From Gonapodya sp. JEL0774 (taxonomy: Eukaryota), in NCBI GenBank assembly GCA_027604505.1, contig JADIIX010000123.1:1-64000 (forward strand): a stretch of DNA of 64,000 bases. Reading direction: 5' to 3'. This document shows positions 50,901 to 63,880 of this stretch, in pieces. A program made the translations under genes and the position numbers. Within the stretch, counting starts at the first letter, position 1. Every line of letters begins with the position of its first letter. Under the pieces are notes generated by a model, which saw only the letters and a list, made by a program, of their open reading frames with translations, did no database searches and had not been told where the DNA came from.

Positions 50901-53802
50901 TCACGCTCCACTGGGTCGTCCAGCTGCTTTCCTCCGACACACACGTCCCCTGGCTTCTTCACGTAGCCGCTCTTCCCACTGTACTTTGTTCCTGGGCTGC
51001 AAGTCGCGGGCACATCGGGATCCACTCCATTGGGCCAATTGGCAGAACAAGACAGAGTTTGAGCTGGGTCATCTGATCCTCGCATGTAGTGTATATCACA
51101 ATCGAAGTCCACTTCTGCACAGTCGCACTTCTTGGTCCACGTCGGAATATCCTTGAGGAACTCGCCAACTATACAATCACGATCGGCTTTTCGTCTATAC
51201 CACCCTATTTCCTCCCCAAGGATGCAATCACTTCCTCCCACGTAGTCCCTGGGCTTCCAAAGCTCAAAGTCAGAGCTCGTGTCGTCGCTCCTCACGCACT
51301 TCTTTGGGAAGACACCCGAAAAATCGAGCGACATGGCGTACCAGCTCATGTCTGGATACTTAACAACGGCCAAAAACTTGGCTGACGTCGAGTCTGATGT
51401 CGTGAGAATCGATTCCAGCTCAAAAACACCCTTGTCCTTTGGCAACTTGTCAAGAGAATGAGTGATCCACGTCTTGCCATAGTTTTTAGACCACCTGATT
51501 TCCCCTGACTGACCTAAAACTACGATTCCTCCTTGGTCGCCCACCCCAGACTCAGTATCTCCCTTCATTACTGGGAACCAGTCCGCTCCGCCATTGATCG
51601 ACATGAATGTATCCGACTGGGATTTAGGAAGCAGAAACTCACCCACACTGCCGACGCCAAAGAGCACTCCCGGTGCGGAGCTCGAAAAGCTCGATTCACC
51701 TTCGGTAAGCCCGTGCAAGTGGAGGCTACACTTGACCCCTACTGGACATGTGTACGGATTGCCGTCCAAATCCTTCTCCGGAGCCTTAATGGGACCCCAC
51801 GTCCGTCCATCGTCCCAGCTTACCGCGGTCGTGAGGCGCTTGCCGATTGCCGGATTCGTGTCGACCTCTTGCCAGTTAAGGACGACATTGGCAGCAACCA
51901 CACCTTCGTACACGCCTTCGCCTTTGCCAACGTCCCACCGCTCAAAGTCCACACTGCCGGAGAGGTCGTGGTTCGTATGTGGGAGGGTGGGGAGAAACCG
52001 GGTCCCCGTGGAATCTGACACATAAAGAGTACCATACAAGGTACTCGAGCCTCCGTTGCCCCGGCCCTTCGTCTGGTCTAGGTCTACGAACAGGGCATGA
52101 ACAGCTGACGGGACAATCGTATACGACTGAACCGTGGAGAGTGTAATGCATGAAGATACATTCGCAGATGTGTTGCTCGTATCGTAACTCACATGCTCTG
52201 TAAACCCTGCTCTCGCGGGAAACTGCGCTCTCCCAAACTTCTTTCCGTCCGTGGAAACGTAAAGCTCCACACCGGTTTCGTCTTGCGGATTCTGATTGGT
52301 GTGTATGGAAAGTGGATGAAATCTGCTAAACCACGGGAAGCACAAATGTTGCGAACTTACCACCGCGACTACCACAAACTTGTTGACAACCGCCAATCCC
52401 ACCACAAAGCCCTCTCTTTGAGTCAGTCCTTCTCCCAGAACCACATTTGTCTTACTACCTCCGTCTGTGCTGGAATACATGACCAACTTGGAATCCTTGA
52501 GCTTGGAAAGAGCTCCCCCTTCTCCTGGAGGAGTCACAACGCAGTACACGGCCTGCTCCGGTGCTTGATCGAAATACTTATTCCCACGAGCCCAGACACA
52601 CCCGGAAGTGTACCGTTCCAGCAAAGTGAAACCCGGCACAGGATACGCTGTGCTGGCGTACGTGTCGTCGTAGCAGGACCGAACACCCCCGAAGCCCTTA
52701 TCGCTGCACCGACGGACGTGTGCGAGAAGATAAAGTCGCTCGAGGGAGTGGAAGCCGAGCACGTTTTCTCCTGTGTCCAGATCGAGTTCGCCAGGGGTTG
52801 CGAAATGGGACCACGTCGTTCCGTGATCGGTTGTGAAGTAGTGGGTGGTTCCAGATGTGAGGAGGAAAGCCTATGCAATGATGTAAGAAAAGCACGCTCG
52901 ATTATTTTAACACCAATAAGTAACCAAATGAAGCAGAGGACCACGACCCGTGTTTGAGCCAGCTCTGCGCCTTCAACATACCGTGTCGGGGAAGTGCGGA
53001 TGCCGCAAAACGGCGTGAACCTGACCCTCAGGTACATCGGCTCGGGACCAAGTTTTACCCTGATCTGCAGACCGATAAATGGTGCGTTTGGTGGCTGTGA
53101 GGACGAGAATGACCTGAAGACGGCAAAAGATAGATTCAGCATAAGGGGGAGCAAAGCTCAGATTCTCATGACGATGGCCAGTCGTGAAGTAATCGCAGAA
53201 TTGACATCTGCCCAGAACCAATCGCTCAGAGTATGTCTCGCAGATCTCTCTACAAACGGCGTCCCAGGTGGCGAGGCGCAATTCGGGCACATTCCACAGG
53301 TTTCGACCTGCTCACAGGAGTGAATGGCCAAGGTACTCACTTCACTCTCCTTGAGATACACGATCTTCCGAGGAGGGTCGTCGAAGGCGAACAATGAGTC
53401 TGCTACTTGGGCATCCTGGGGGTCCCTCCTGACAACTCTCCGTTCAAAGTGCTCCGATTGTTCAGCTCCTGAGGGTATATCTCGATGGAAAAGGTCGGCG
53501 GCGCCGTCGGAAATGTCTCTCACGCCGTGGTTGGTTGAGGAAACTCGAAAGAACGCGTTGGACGTTGATCCCTCCGGAATGTGCTCTCTTTTCACAAAGC
53601 TTTTTCGCGTTTCATCGGCAGGTGAGCGATACGTGAGCCTCGATGTGACAATGGTTCCGAAATGAGGGTCCGTTCGAGGTGCGAGGCGGAGAGCTGGGTG
53701 AGAATCATGTGATGCCGACGCAAGGAGGAAGGACTGAAGGGCAAGAACAGCAGACAAGGCGAGCAAAACAGGTGATGCGAATCGTAAAAAAGACCGTGGC
53801 AT
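44975..53802 (-). CDS. VPS10: Vacuolar protein sorting receptor Vps10/Pep1 (sortilin family) with three tandem VPS10+10CC modules, TM and cytoplasmic tail
   Basis: Signal peptide [22 protein letters not shown] and many BNR/Asp-box motifs (SxDxGxTW). Three FExW...C.LG/FG...YRRK...C.VG...C.C...DF.C...GY cysteine modules. [23 protein letters not shown]; tail with YQSV and EEDFDDDE*. Confidence 0.93.
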
Positions 53803-54614
53803 GTCTTTGGGAATAAACTCGACGAGGTATGTATAATGAATGTGGTTGACCACTTTGAAACTGGAGGAACTGGTTAAAGTCAGGAAACAAAAAAACTCCT
53901 CGGAGTGATTTAGTAATCCCGTCTCTCCTGGTGCTGACGTTTCGCGAGCGACCAGTTAGCTCTCGTCCAGTGATCGGTTGTCATCGGCAAAACGAATGCT
54001 CGGTGGACAGTGGGGTGTTCCTTCAAGAGCTCCATCTTTACCATAGCAAAACACATGTCCAGAGTGGATGTCATCGCCTCTTTGGCCTAATCCCCCCAAT
54101 TCAATACCTCATCCTTCGATGTTCGATATATTTACCTTCACGGTTGGCAATGAAACCACCGCCCGAATTCCGGCGTCAAGTACAGCGTCCCCAAGTTAAT
54201 CCTGGCTTGATGCGTCCTGTTGTTTCTATCGCTGTCGTTATTCAACTTGACGTCGATTCAAGTTGCGAAATGGAGTCAAGTTTTATGGAAAGCCGACATC
54301 GCAACCCCGTGGACCACATCCAAACGAAGGCCCCAGCACTCAGTTTGGTGGGACCCAAATCTTTCTTCATATTAATGAAATGCGTGGTTACTTGGTGGAA
54401 AATCGCAAATTTTGTTAAAGGTTTCGGAATTTTGTGGGCAGCTCGTGATAAACTTTTGTCGATTTTCATTGTCAAATCACTTAGCTACTTCATCTTTACA
54501 GAAGACTCTGCAGGTTCTTGTTGGAGAACATTGGTGATTGTGGGTAACGAAAGATTACTTTCCAGCACAGCTCGAGGCGGGGACCGGCACATTTAGTCAG
54601 AAAAAAATCCACAC

Positions 54615-56205
54615 ATGACCTCCGCGTCCAGACGGGACGTAGCCGCGGTGGCTGAAGCCCCGCTTGACGATGTTAGTCTCTTGTTTTCTCTGAATCTTGT
54701 GGAGCTTCGGGAATCCGGATGGTTGTTCAGCCAGTTGGGAATCGGACATTCGCACAGTTCTCAACTGTCGAGGCAGAGCCTACTTACCAGTTGCTCGTAC
54801 TGGGCCTTGAAATAAAAGGATTGAGTGAGCCGTATTGTCGAAAGTGGAATCTGAAAGCTTGGATGGTCACGTCATGGATCACTCGGTCAGAAGTCAATGG
54901 GTGGGGGATGTGTCCGCAGGTCCCAAACACGGAGAAGCGCAAGGAAGGGACTCGCCTTTGTTGTTGGTGTTTTTGTGGGGGGATAGTCACCGAATGCCGG
55001 GTCGATAGCCCGTGTGGTTCCAGAACAATCACGCCGGCACCCTCTGCTTCACCTTGCTTCACCTACTTCTGGAACTAATGGTGACTCCAAAATTCGGATT
55101 CAAACAGGTCCGCATCACCTCAGTCGAAATAGACGCCCTCGTTGCCCTCCAAATCACGAAACACTGCCGAGAGTCCCTCCCTGCCACTGTCACTGGACAA
55201 ATCCTTGGGGTTGATGTCGGCCCCGTTCTCCATATTACCTATTCCTTCCCCTTCACCGCCACCTCTACCTCAGACGAGAGTGGTCCTGATAGTGGCGAGG
55301 TTGACTACGATGACTTGGACGGTACCCAGTACCAGGTCAACATGCTCAAACGCCTGCGGCAGATGAATTACGACGTGCACAATGTCGGATGGTACCGCAC
55401 CGCCGACCTCAACCTTTTCGAGCAAACCTTCATCGACAACCAGGTCCAGTACCAACGCGCCTTCGCCAACTCCGTCGTCATCGCCTACGACCCCCTCAAA
55501 TCCCAACAAGGTGCTCTCGGCCTCTGCGCATACCGCCTCACTCCAACGTTCCTTACAATGTACCGCGAAGGTCGATTCACGGCAGAGGCGATCGCCGCGT
55601 CGGGCCTGACCTTTTCCAAGGTCCTGGAATCCATCCCCGTCCGCGTGCGGACAGGGAAGCTGGCTGGCGCGCTTATGGCTCGTCTGGAAGAGGCTGCCGC
55701 CAACCCATCTAGTGTCGCTCGGTCTGTTTCTGCGCCTAACCCTACTTTCAACCCCAACCGCATTCCTCCAACTGCGCCTCTCAGTCCTAATCTCGATGTA
55801 CTCGAGCTTTCTTTCGAAAACTATCTGGAGCAGCGATTAGATTCTATGCTTCAGGAAGCGGAGAATCAGTACCAGGACCAGCAACGATGGGGCTGGTGGA
55901 GCCGCAACTACAACCGTGAACTAACTCGTGCAAATCAAACAGTACAGAAGCGGCGGCAGGAAAATGCGAGCAGGGCTGCCAACAACCTGGCACCCCTGTG
56001 GTCGGAGGAGGACATGCAACCCAACAGCACCGCCCTACAAAGGATCGCTGCAAATGAGCCCAGCAGGCTCGAAAGCTTGCTGATCGCAAAGAGATTGGAC
56101 GCTTACTCGAGACAGGTGAATCAGTTTGCGGGACCAGGTCTCGCTAAGATGTATGTTACGAAGGCTATCCAGGACTTGGCACTGGCCGGAGGAGCGGACG
56201 TGTGA
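54615..56205 (+). CDS. EIF3H: Translation initiation factor eIF3 subunit H (MPN domain), 2 exons
   Basis: VEIDALVALQITKHCRE...VTGQILG...TYSFPF, YQVNMLKRLRQMNYDVHNVGWY, EPSRLESLL. Exon 1 is MTSASRRDVAAVAEAPLDD; intron about 54672-55107. Confidence 0.95.
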
Positions 56206-56421
56206 ATGGAAATTGAGGGGAGGGAGAATGAGCGTCCGTGGTAATGTTTAAGGACGTATCAGATAGCCTGAGAACGCTCCTGCCCTTCTAGTTGTAGTGT
56301 GTTGTGTTTGTGAATCTCAATTGCCTCACACTTCACAAATGAATGACTTCCCACTTCTAACTACTGCTTGGAAACAACGAAGGAAGAAACTTAAAGGCGC
56401 GATGAATCTCGTGTTTATTCG

Positions 56422-59400
56422 TCATCTTCGCAAAGCCTTGAAAACCCGGTATTGTCTCCTGACGTTTCGTCCCAAAGCTTCCCATTCCATTTTGGCTCTG
56501 CTTGGGTCGTGGACGTGCAATCGATTACGATATGAGTTTAGCTCAAATCTGTGAATTTGTAGGTGAAGGATGCAATTATACAAGAAGGACGAAGAGAGAA
56601 TGTCCGATGGTGAACTCAGAACTTAGAAACAACAAAGTGGCCAATCGTCTAGATCTCACATGTTCGGAAGGAGTCGAATGACTAGACCTATTTGGAGTGA
56701 AAAGCTACCGATAATGATGGAGGTGACCCACGCCAATGGTGAAAGATTTGTTGTGCGGAAGACTGCGCCTCCAAACTGCACGATCAGAAACTGTTGCAAA
56801 GGCAAGGATGAATGATCACGGTTAAGGTAAATTTGGTTTCCATTTCAAGAACCATAGAAGAGAATAAAGCAAGCTCACCTGCCCCACCAAAGTTGTGAGA
56901 AGAACACCACCGAAGAGCGCGTTTCGAGAGATCCCTTGAAAAACATTCAATCCACTTTCTTCATCTACAATTCTGCGGTTGACCTCATGGAACAATTGCA
57001 GCATAACGAAAGTGTTGAATATGAAAGTCGAGCTGTTTTCGGTTGTAATGCCAACCCGGTGGAGAAGTAACCGTCCCTGAAAGAGTAGCGTGACTATGAC
57101 CGCTACTTGAAAAATTGCTTGGCCCAGAATTTGCTTGTACAGGGGATAGCTTATTAGAGGAGCGCCACGTCGTTCGGGTTGTTTCTTGAGCAAAACATCA
57201 GTTGGCGGTTCACACGCCAGTGCACTGTGATCGTGTTAGGATGGATGTAAATTTATTGTTTTCCGATGGTAATTGCACGAAGGTCACGATGAACCTACAG
57301 TGCTGCGAAAGAATCCATTATCAGATTCACCTAAAGAGGACAGTGAGATTGTTAACAGACACGTTTCAAACCCAATCAGCACTCGCACCCATAGAAGTTG
57401 AACAGCGCTGATTCTCCTCGCTTATTACTGCAGACAGAAACGCGATATAAACTGCTGTGACGTTCACGGTTAATTGAAACTGCAGGAAACGTCGCACTCC
57501 CTCGTTTACGGCACGACCCCAGCGAACAGCGTTGTTCATAGAAGCGAAGTTGTCATCTAGCTGGAGTAATAGAGTAAATTAACTGAGATGCTGCCAATAA
57601 TGACAAGAAAGGCGAGCAATCTGGACTCACAAGGACTATCGACGAGGCCTCTTTCGCCACTTCTGTACCGCTGTTCATAGCGAATCCAACATCGGCACTG
57701 TTGAATGATGAGCATGTGTCCATTCTTAATTATGCGGAGGGGAACGCTAGCACTCCAACCCCTTCAACGCCGGCGCATCGTTCGTCCCATCTCCTGTCAC
57801 TGCCACAGCTTCACCCATATCTTGAAGTGCTCGAACTAGCCGTTGCTTGTCACGTGGGTCAGATCGAGCCAGAACCTGGAGCCGAGGGAGGATCTTTTGA
57901 AGATCACCATCTGATAGAGATCGGAACTCCCGCCTTCGAAACACCACAAACTCTGACAACTCTTTGTGTAAGGTAAGTATGTGAGACACTCACCCTTCCA
58001 TAACGATACCCCCTCGTGTCAAGATCCCGCACTTCTTGGCAATTGATTGGGCCGTGACGATGTTGTCCCCTGTTACCATTCGCACGAACACCCCAGCCCC
58101 TCTCACCAATTTGATGGATGCGACAACCTCTGGTCTCAATGGACTAACATTAAAGCAAAAGCGGTTAGACACCCCACATGAAGAGACCCACAAGCTAATT
58201 CAACAGCTCACTCTTCTATTCCCAAGATCCCAAGCAGCACAAGGTCTTTCTGCCAGGCATCGATTTCGTCGTTTAGCGTCGAAGAGTTGTAGTCAAGCTC
58301 TTTGAAAGCAACACAGATCGCGCGAAGAGAAGTTTTGGAGAAAGAGAGAACTATCTGTGTGAATTCTTCTCGCATTTTCTCAGAGATCTCCTGTATCTGA
58401 CCACTCTTATTGAAGCACCGATTGCATGGAGCAAGTATCTTCTCAGCTGCACCCTTGACGTGAACCCGTACGCTTTTTGTGTGAACAGCCCCTTCATCGT
58501 TGGCAAGAGAAATCACTGTCACCATACTTTTGCGAGATGATGAGAACGGATATCGTCGAATAATTGACTTTTCGAGATGTTTGCGTATGACTTGGTATGA
58601 AGTGCCAGGCGTCTCAATTTGTCCCACAAATCGCAGTAAAGCTGCCGCCGTCTGGCTTCCGACAAATTCGTGGTTTCGCGGGTGCTCGGAACTCGTTAAC
58701 AGCTCTGCCTCTTTTTCGTCCTCCGTAGCGCCTGCATACCCATCTGCTTCAGATCCAGGCATCTCGTAGGCTGTTGAATTAATGGAAATGCTCTCGCATA
58801 AAAGTGACTTTGATGACTCAGGGAGATCGTCGGCTAGCTTCTCTATATTTCCTGGTGAATTCCTCTCGTTATCTTTCGTAGACATAAAATGATGGTCCGA
58901 TACCGGAGCAGCAACGACGGTCATAACGTTTTGCGTCAGTGTGCCTGTCTTATCCGAACATACTAAAATGAAATTAATCCGCGATGTTTAAGTTCAGAAT
59001 TGGAATACTCATTGAACTATCGATAAACTTACTCGGGGTCGGATTGGCCATTGTTTCGCATGACGCCAGCACCCGAACTAGATTGTGCTCACTCAGCATC
59101 GATGTCGTTGCGTATGCAAGAGCTTTAAGGATGAGTTGAGTGTTGTTTTGTGGTAGTCAAAAAAAGGTTCGCTTCTATATTACCCAAAATAACTGCCATC
59201 GGTAGCTGTTCAAATGAAAATGTATTGATGCATCTGAGAAAACCAAAATCTTTCACAGCCACTCACTCCCTCTGGCACGGCAACTTCAGACTAGTGGGTA
59301 ACATGGTTTGCTAAAGAATCAACGTTAATTGTCCTCCTACAGCTAGGTACGATCAAACACGTACCAACGAGCACGGTCACTCCCTGAATGACAATACCAA

Positions 59401-60816
59401 TAAAAGTGCTCACTGACAACTTGCGTTGATTGATGAAAGAAGTGGTGATATACTTTGCGACTAGCGTGCTTTCGCGCACGAAAACGGCAACGTGAGAACT
59501 AAACCGCAGGAGCATGGGAATCTTTCGCACCAAACCAGAAGGATCGCGGCCGATAGTCCAATTTTTGCAATGCGTTCGGCAAGAAAGTCAAGCTTGTCTT
59601 GTAGGGGCGTTCGATCACTTTTGGTGTCTTCTGCCTTGAGAGACTGCAACGTTGCAGAGTGGAAACTTCGAAGTTAGCACCCTCAGCGCAGTCCTCTTCC
59701 AAAATGCTTATCTCACCATCATCAGCTTTCCATGAGTGCTCTTCTCCCCAACCGCCAAGACCAAGCCATGGGCGTTTCCATCTTGATTTTTTATCAAGAA
59801 TGGATCACGACCGTCACTGTTCCCATTCACAACAAAGTTCTTCTGCACACTTCCACTTTCACCGGTCGAAGAAGATTCGTCTATTTTTAGACCCTTGGAG
59901 TCACTCGTAGACATGACAATCGCATCTTCGTGTTCAATAGTTGTCATGAATCCTGTTTGACAACACGCGACCCGCGATTCTCACCACAAGGAAGAATATC
60001 ACCAGGCCCCAGCAGAATAACATCACCAACTACAAGATCAAATATAGATACCTCAGTTGGATCTCCGCTCCGGAGCACCTGACGGGCAAAGTCAGGCAGT
60101 TGGCGCACCAAGGACGGACACGTAATGGGTGCCACCGCCCCGGGATCGCAATTGTCTCACCCGAACATTTTTCTCCCCGCTTGATTCGTTAAGTTTTTGA
60201 AATTGCCTATCCTTCTGGTAGTCGTTTGTTGCATTCACTGAAAGATGAAGCAAACCGAATGTTCGTGCTAATTGGACGGACCTCTCAAAGGAATATACGT
60301 ACCGAGGATGGCAATCATAACAGCAGTTAAAATTGCTGTCCCATCGACCCATCCAACTATATATTGGGATGGTGGGAACCCGTCTGCGAGAGCGCGGACA
60401 GAAAACTGTGTTAAAACCGCGACTTCACCTTTTGGTTCAGTTGGGTCGTGTTGAGGGCCAAAATCGTCATAGAGACCGATCGCAAGTGATACAACTACCG
60501 CAATTGAAAGAAATATTAAGGTTTTGTCCTTGCCGGCGTCCATGAGGAACCGGTAGAATGACGGAGGAGTCCTCGATGGGAGTCTCTGGCACATCGAATG
60601 ACGCAGATCACGAGACGTTCATCCAAGAGGGAAAGAACTCGAGAAGAAGATCAGCAATCTCACCTTTTCACCATACGTTTCTCGAAACTTCTGTGCTTGT
60701 TTGCCATCCAGACCCCTCTCCAAGTCAATCCCCAATTCTCTTGCGACAGTACTCAAGTCTCGTCGGGCAAGTTCCTGCACATCCCGGGTTTCGAATAAAT
60801 TTGTTAGTTGTTCCAT
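56422..60816 (-). pseudogene. P-type IIB Ca2+-ATPase (PMC1/PMCA-like), apparently frameshifted or degenerating
   Basis: [57 protein letters not shown] and VNLIMDSFAAL are present. SAVQLLW is out of frame (about 57390-57415), and the usual SG(S/T)KV after DPFLI is missing. Confidence 0.75.
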
Positions 60817-60989
60817 CCTGGGAGTGATCTCACTACGCTGACGTCAACTGTTTTTTCTTACACACCCAAGACTAATAACATCTAAAATCTCTACGTGCAC
60901 TTGCATGTATAATCAGAGCTGCAACAGCACAAAATCACGTACTCGCTCAAATCAAACTCGGCTTAATGCTATTCTACACATCAATCCAT

Positions 60990-62679
60990 TCAATGGGCGT
61001 GGTCAGCTGCGTTGTTGGCATGCGAGTGGGAATTTTGAAGCCCTTTCTGGCTCTGAGAAAGTGGATCGTGGCTGTGACCCTCTTGTTCGTCCTTTTTCAG
61101 CTGAATCTCCCAAAGTCGTTTCAGCTCATCTTCCTCAAACTTCCGTGCGGCCTCCCAGTCAGATTCCACCTAATAGAAAGATGTCGAGAGGTTATTCCAC
61201 GCCTTCCATGATTTGAAATGGTGCTCTTACATACCATCTGAAAGTATACAACGAACAAAACCACAAAAAAAACACGTGTAAGAACTGATGACACACACGT
61301 GTTCAAGACATGCACTTACGTCTGTCCATACTCCGACATCTGACATCCGACACCCCCCGTCACATTCACATTCTCCGCCAAACTCTTTAGGCAAATTAGC
61401 TGCAGGAATGTTCTGAAGCAACGTATCTCGGTAGTCGCTTCCAAGAATGTGGATTTTAGCGACCGTGACCTTCACATGGGAGACATCGTTAGAGCGACAT
61501 GAGATCGACAAGGCAGGGATGGCAGTCCCAATGTTCGATCATACCTCGTCCAAAAACATCTTTACAACTGCCCATACCGTGGTGAAGAATCGTGGAGCAT
61601 TGATGACGAACATCTTTCCCAGAGTCTCCGGGTAGTAGTCCTGAGAAATCTCACTAATTGTGCCGACTACGGATCGCACTTGTGGAAACTGTGACAACGC
61701 CACGTTTTTCAGGTCTAGAATCGTGCAGCTCTGCTCAATGTGCCGTCCAGACTTCCAAGACACTGCCAACAACCGTTGCCTAAGGAACTTTTCGAACTCC
61801 AGAACGTGATTCTGCATAAACCGCTTTTCCGTAGTGACTTTAAACATGGCCGTGTAGTTCAGTTTGTCAAAATGCTCAACGTAAATGGGTCGACCTTCGT
61901 TGTCGTTCTTGTGATAATAACGAGGGTAAATGGCCGCAACTTTCGGCCCTTCGCTGTACACAAAAGTTTTGTAAATATCCTCGACTTGAAACTCGCTACG
62001 CCACTGCATTGAGGAATGAAGTCGCGTCAGGATGTACGGATGGGTGAAGATTGGCGATTATGTAAAGGGGTCGGAGAATCCGAAGTACGGATATGCCAAA
62101 GAGAGCGAGTTCAAAATGGCATAAACATCAACATCTCACTTCTAAAAGGACTTTGTTAATGTGGCTCGCACCTTCAAAAACTTCTGAAACATGAGCATTG
62201 TCTTTGGCAGGTCAAACTTTCTTGCCCTCAGGAACTTGAGGAGAATGTGATCATTCATCCACGACTCGTCGAAAATTTTTGATTCTGTGAGCTGGCGCTT
62301 GAATTCGTGTAACGCCGCCTCCTGTTCCTTCGTCTTGGTGGTATCGTCGTGCCACGCAGGACAGGACAGGAGTACGGGAAGGTGGCATCGCGGAAGGAAA
62401 CAACCGGAAAGAAGGAACGATAGAACAAGCCGTCAGCTTGTTTGAATGGCAAGGCTACCGGTCGCAACGGCGATATATAACCAAAGTCGGTAGAACTTCC
62501 TCTGTCATCGCCATCACCAGTGCCCCAGACCAACATACCAAATTGCCCAATCTCCCTTTTTGCAGAGGAGGGTGCGATATGATGAGGGAAGCTCTATTCG
62601 AGGAGGTCGACGAACCAGGATGTGTGATTCGAACTGGTCCATCTGCGAGTGATGCTGAGGCGGACTTCTCCGGATCCAT
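60990..62679 (-). CDS. SEC14: Sec14-like phosphatidylinositol/phosphatidylcholine transfer protein (CRAL-TRIO)
   Basis: [93 protein letters not shown] at 60990-60992. Confidence 0.95.
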
Positions 62680-63072
62680 TGCAGCCCTTCAATTTCAAAG
62701 AAATGATGAGGGGTTTCTGGCGGGGCGCTCGAGGTTAAGCGTCCTCGAGAAGGAGACGGTGGACAACTGTGAAATCGAACGCTGTGTGGCTGTTGATGGG
62801 GATGGCCAAGCACTCAACCATGAAGTAAGTGTTGAGCGCCAACACACAACGGTTCACATTCACGATAAAGATGTTCCATCGAGAGACTCATTCGGAAAAA
62901 TTTGGTGTCTGGTTTGCGGGAGTGGACGATAAATTGCCAACAGAACGTCAGAACGCATCATAAATGTTGTCTATCAACAGTCGCAACGTGAAACCACTAC
63001 AAATTCCCATGCAAACACGCATGGTAGTACCAAATCTCCCTCTTATCTCCCTCTTACCCTCGCTAGAAAATT

Positions 63073-63880
63073 TCACTTCTTTCCCTCCGTTCCACCGACC
63101 TTCTTCGCTACCATTTTCTCCGCATCTTCGCACGCCTCCCTGACCCAATCTGGAACCGGAGCCTTTGTGCCCTTTTCGTAATCAAATGTCACGATAAGGG
63201 TTGATCCGTCAGAGACAATGGCCTCTTGGGAGTGCGAAACAACGATGAAACGCATCTCGAAACGGTCTGCACAAAAGAATCAGGCAGCTTGTATTGTGCT
63301 TCTACCCATAAAGGCCGAATTCCGCAAACTCACCATCCGTCATAGTCTCCATGGGTATCCGCGTTGCCACTGTGAAAGTGTCCGGGAATATGGTTGGCCG
63401 CCGAAAGCTTAACGGTGAACGGTGCCCGACTTGACCGGGTGAGAATTGACAGAGGTAGTACTGAGATTGGGGGAGGCTTACTTTGTGGTCACAGTTTTTG
63501 CAATCGGTCCCACCTGAAGCAGTGGATCCACGTGTTCCAGAACAAAGGTTGCACAAATCAATCAACATCACTGCGCGACGAGAAACTACACTCCACCTTC
63601 TTGGCTTTAATAAAATGGGCGTATTTGGAGTTGTCATTCACGTAGGGCTTGACGACTTTCCGAAAGGGGTCGAATTGGACCACAAGAAATGAAATGAGAC
63701 CGTGAAGTGAAATGGAAGTTGAAACCCGATTCACAAATTGCACAGGTCTCAACGCATTGTGGCACATTCTTCACCGTTCACATTTCACTCACCCTGCTCA
63801 AAGTAGGCGATCCGCCCCGTCTCGCAGTATCGAAAATGCATCACGTTGTTCACGTGTGCGAACGAGTCCATATCACCCCA
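63073..63880 (-). CDS. Hotdog-fold acyl-CoA thioesterase (4HBT/YbgC-like); 5' end unresolved or beyond the window
   Basis: WGDMDSFAHVNNVMHFRYCETGRIAYFEQ, FRRPTIFPDT, VTFDYEKGTKAPVP. Confidence 0.88.

Noticed and set aside
52193..52957. 254-aa plus-strand ORF and many similar antisense ORFs
   Set aside because: Antisense shadows of real coding exons (here VPS10) with no independent evidence.
53931..54596. 221-aa ORF between VPS10 and eIF3h
   Set aside because: Non-ATG start, no recognisable motif, and it fills the divergent promoter region; probably spurious.
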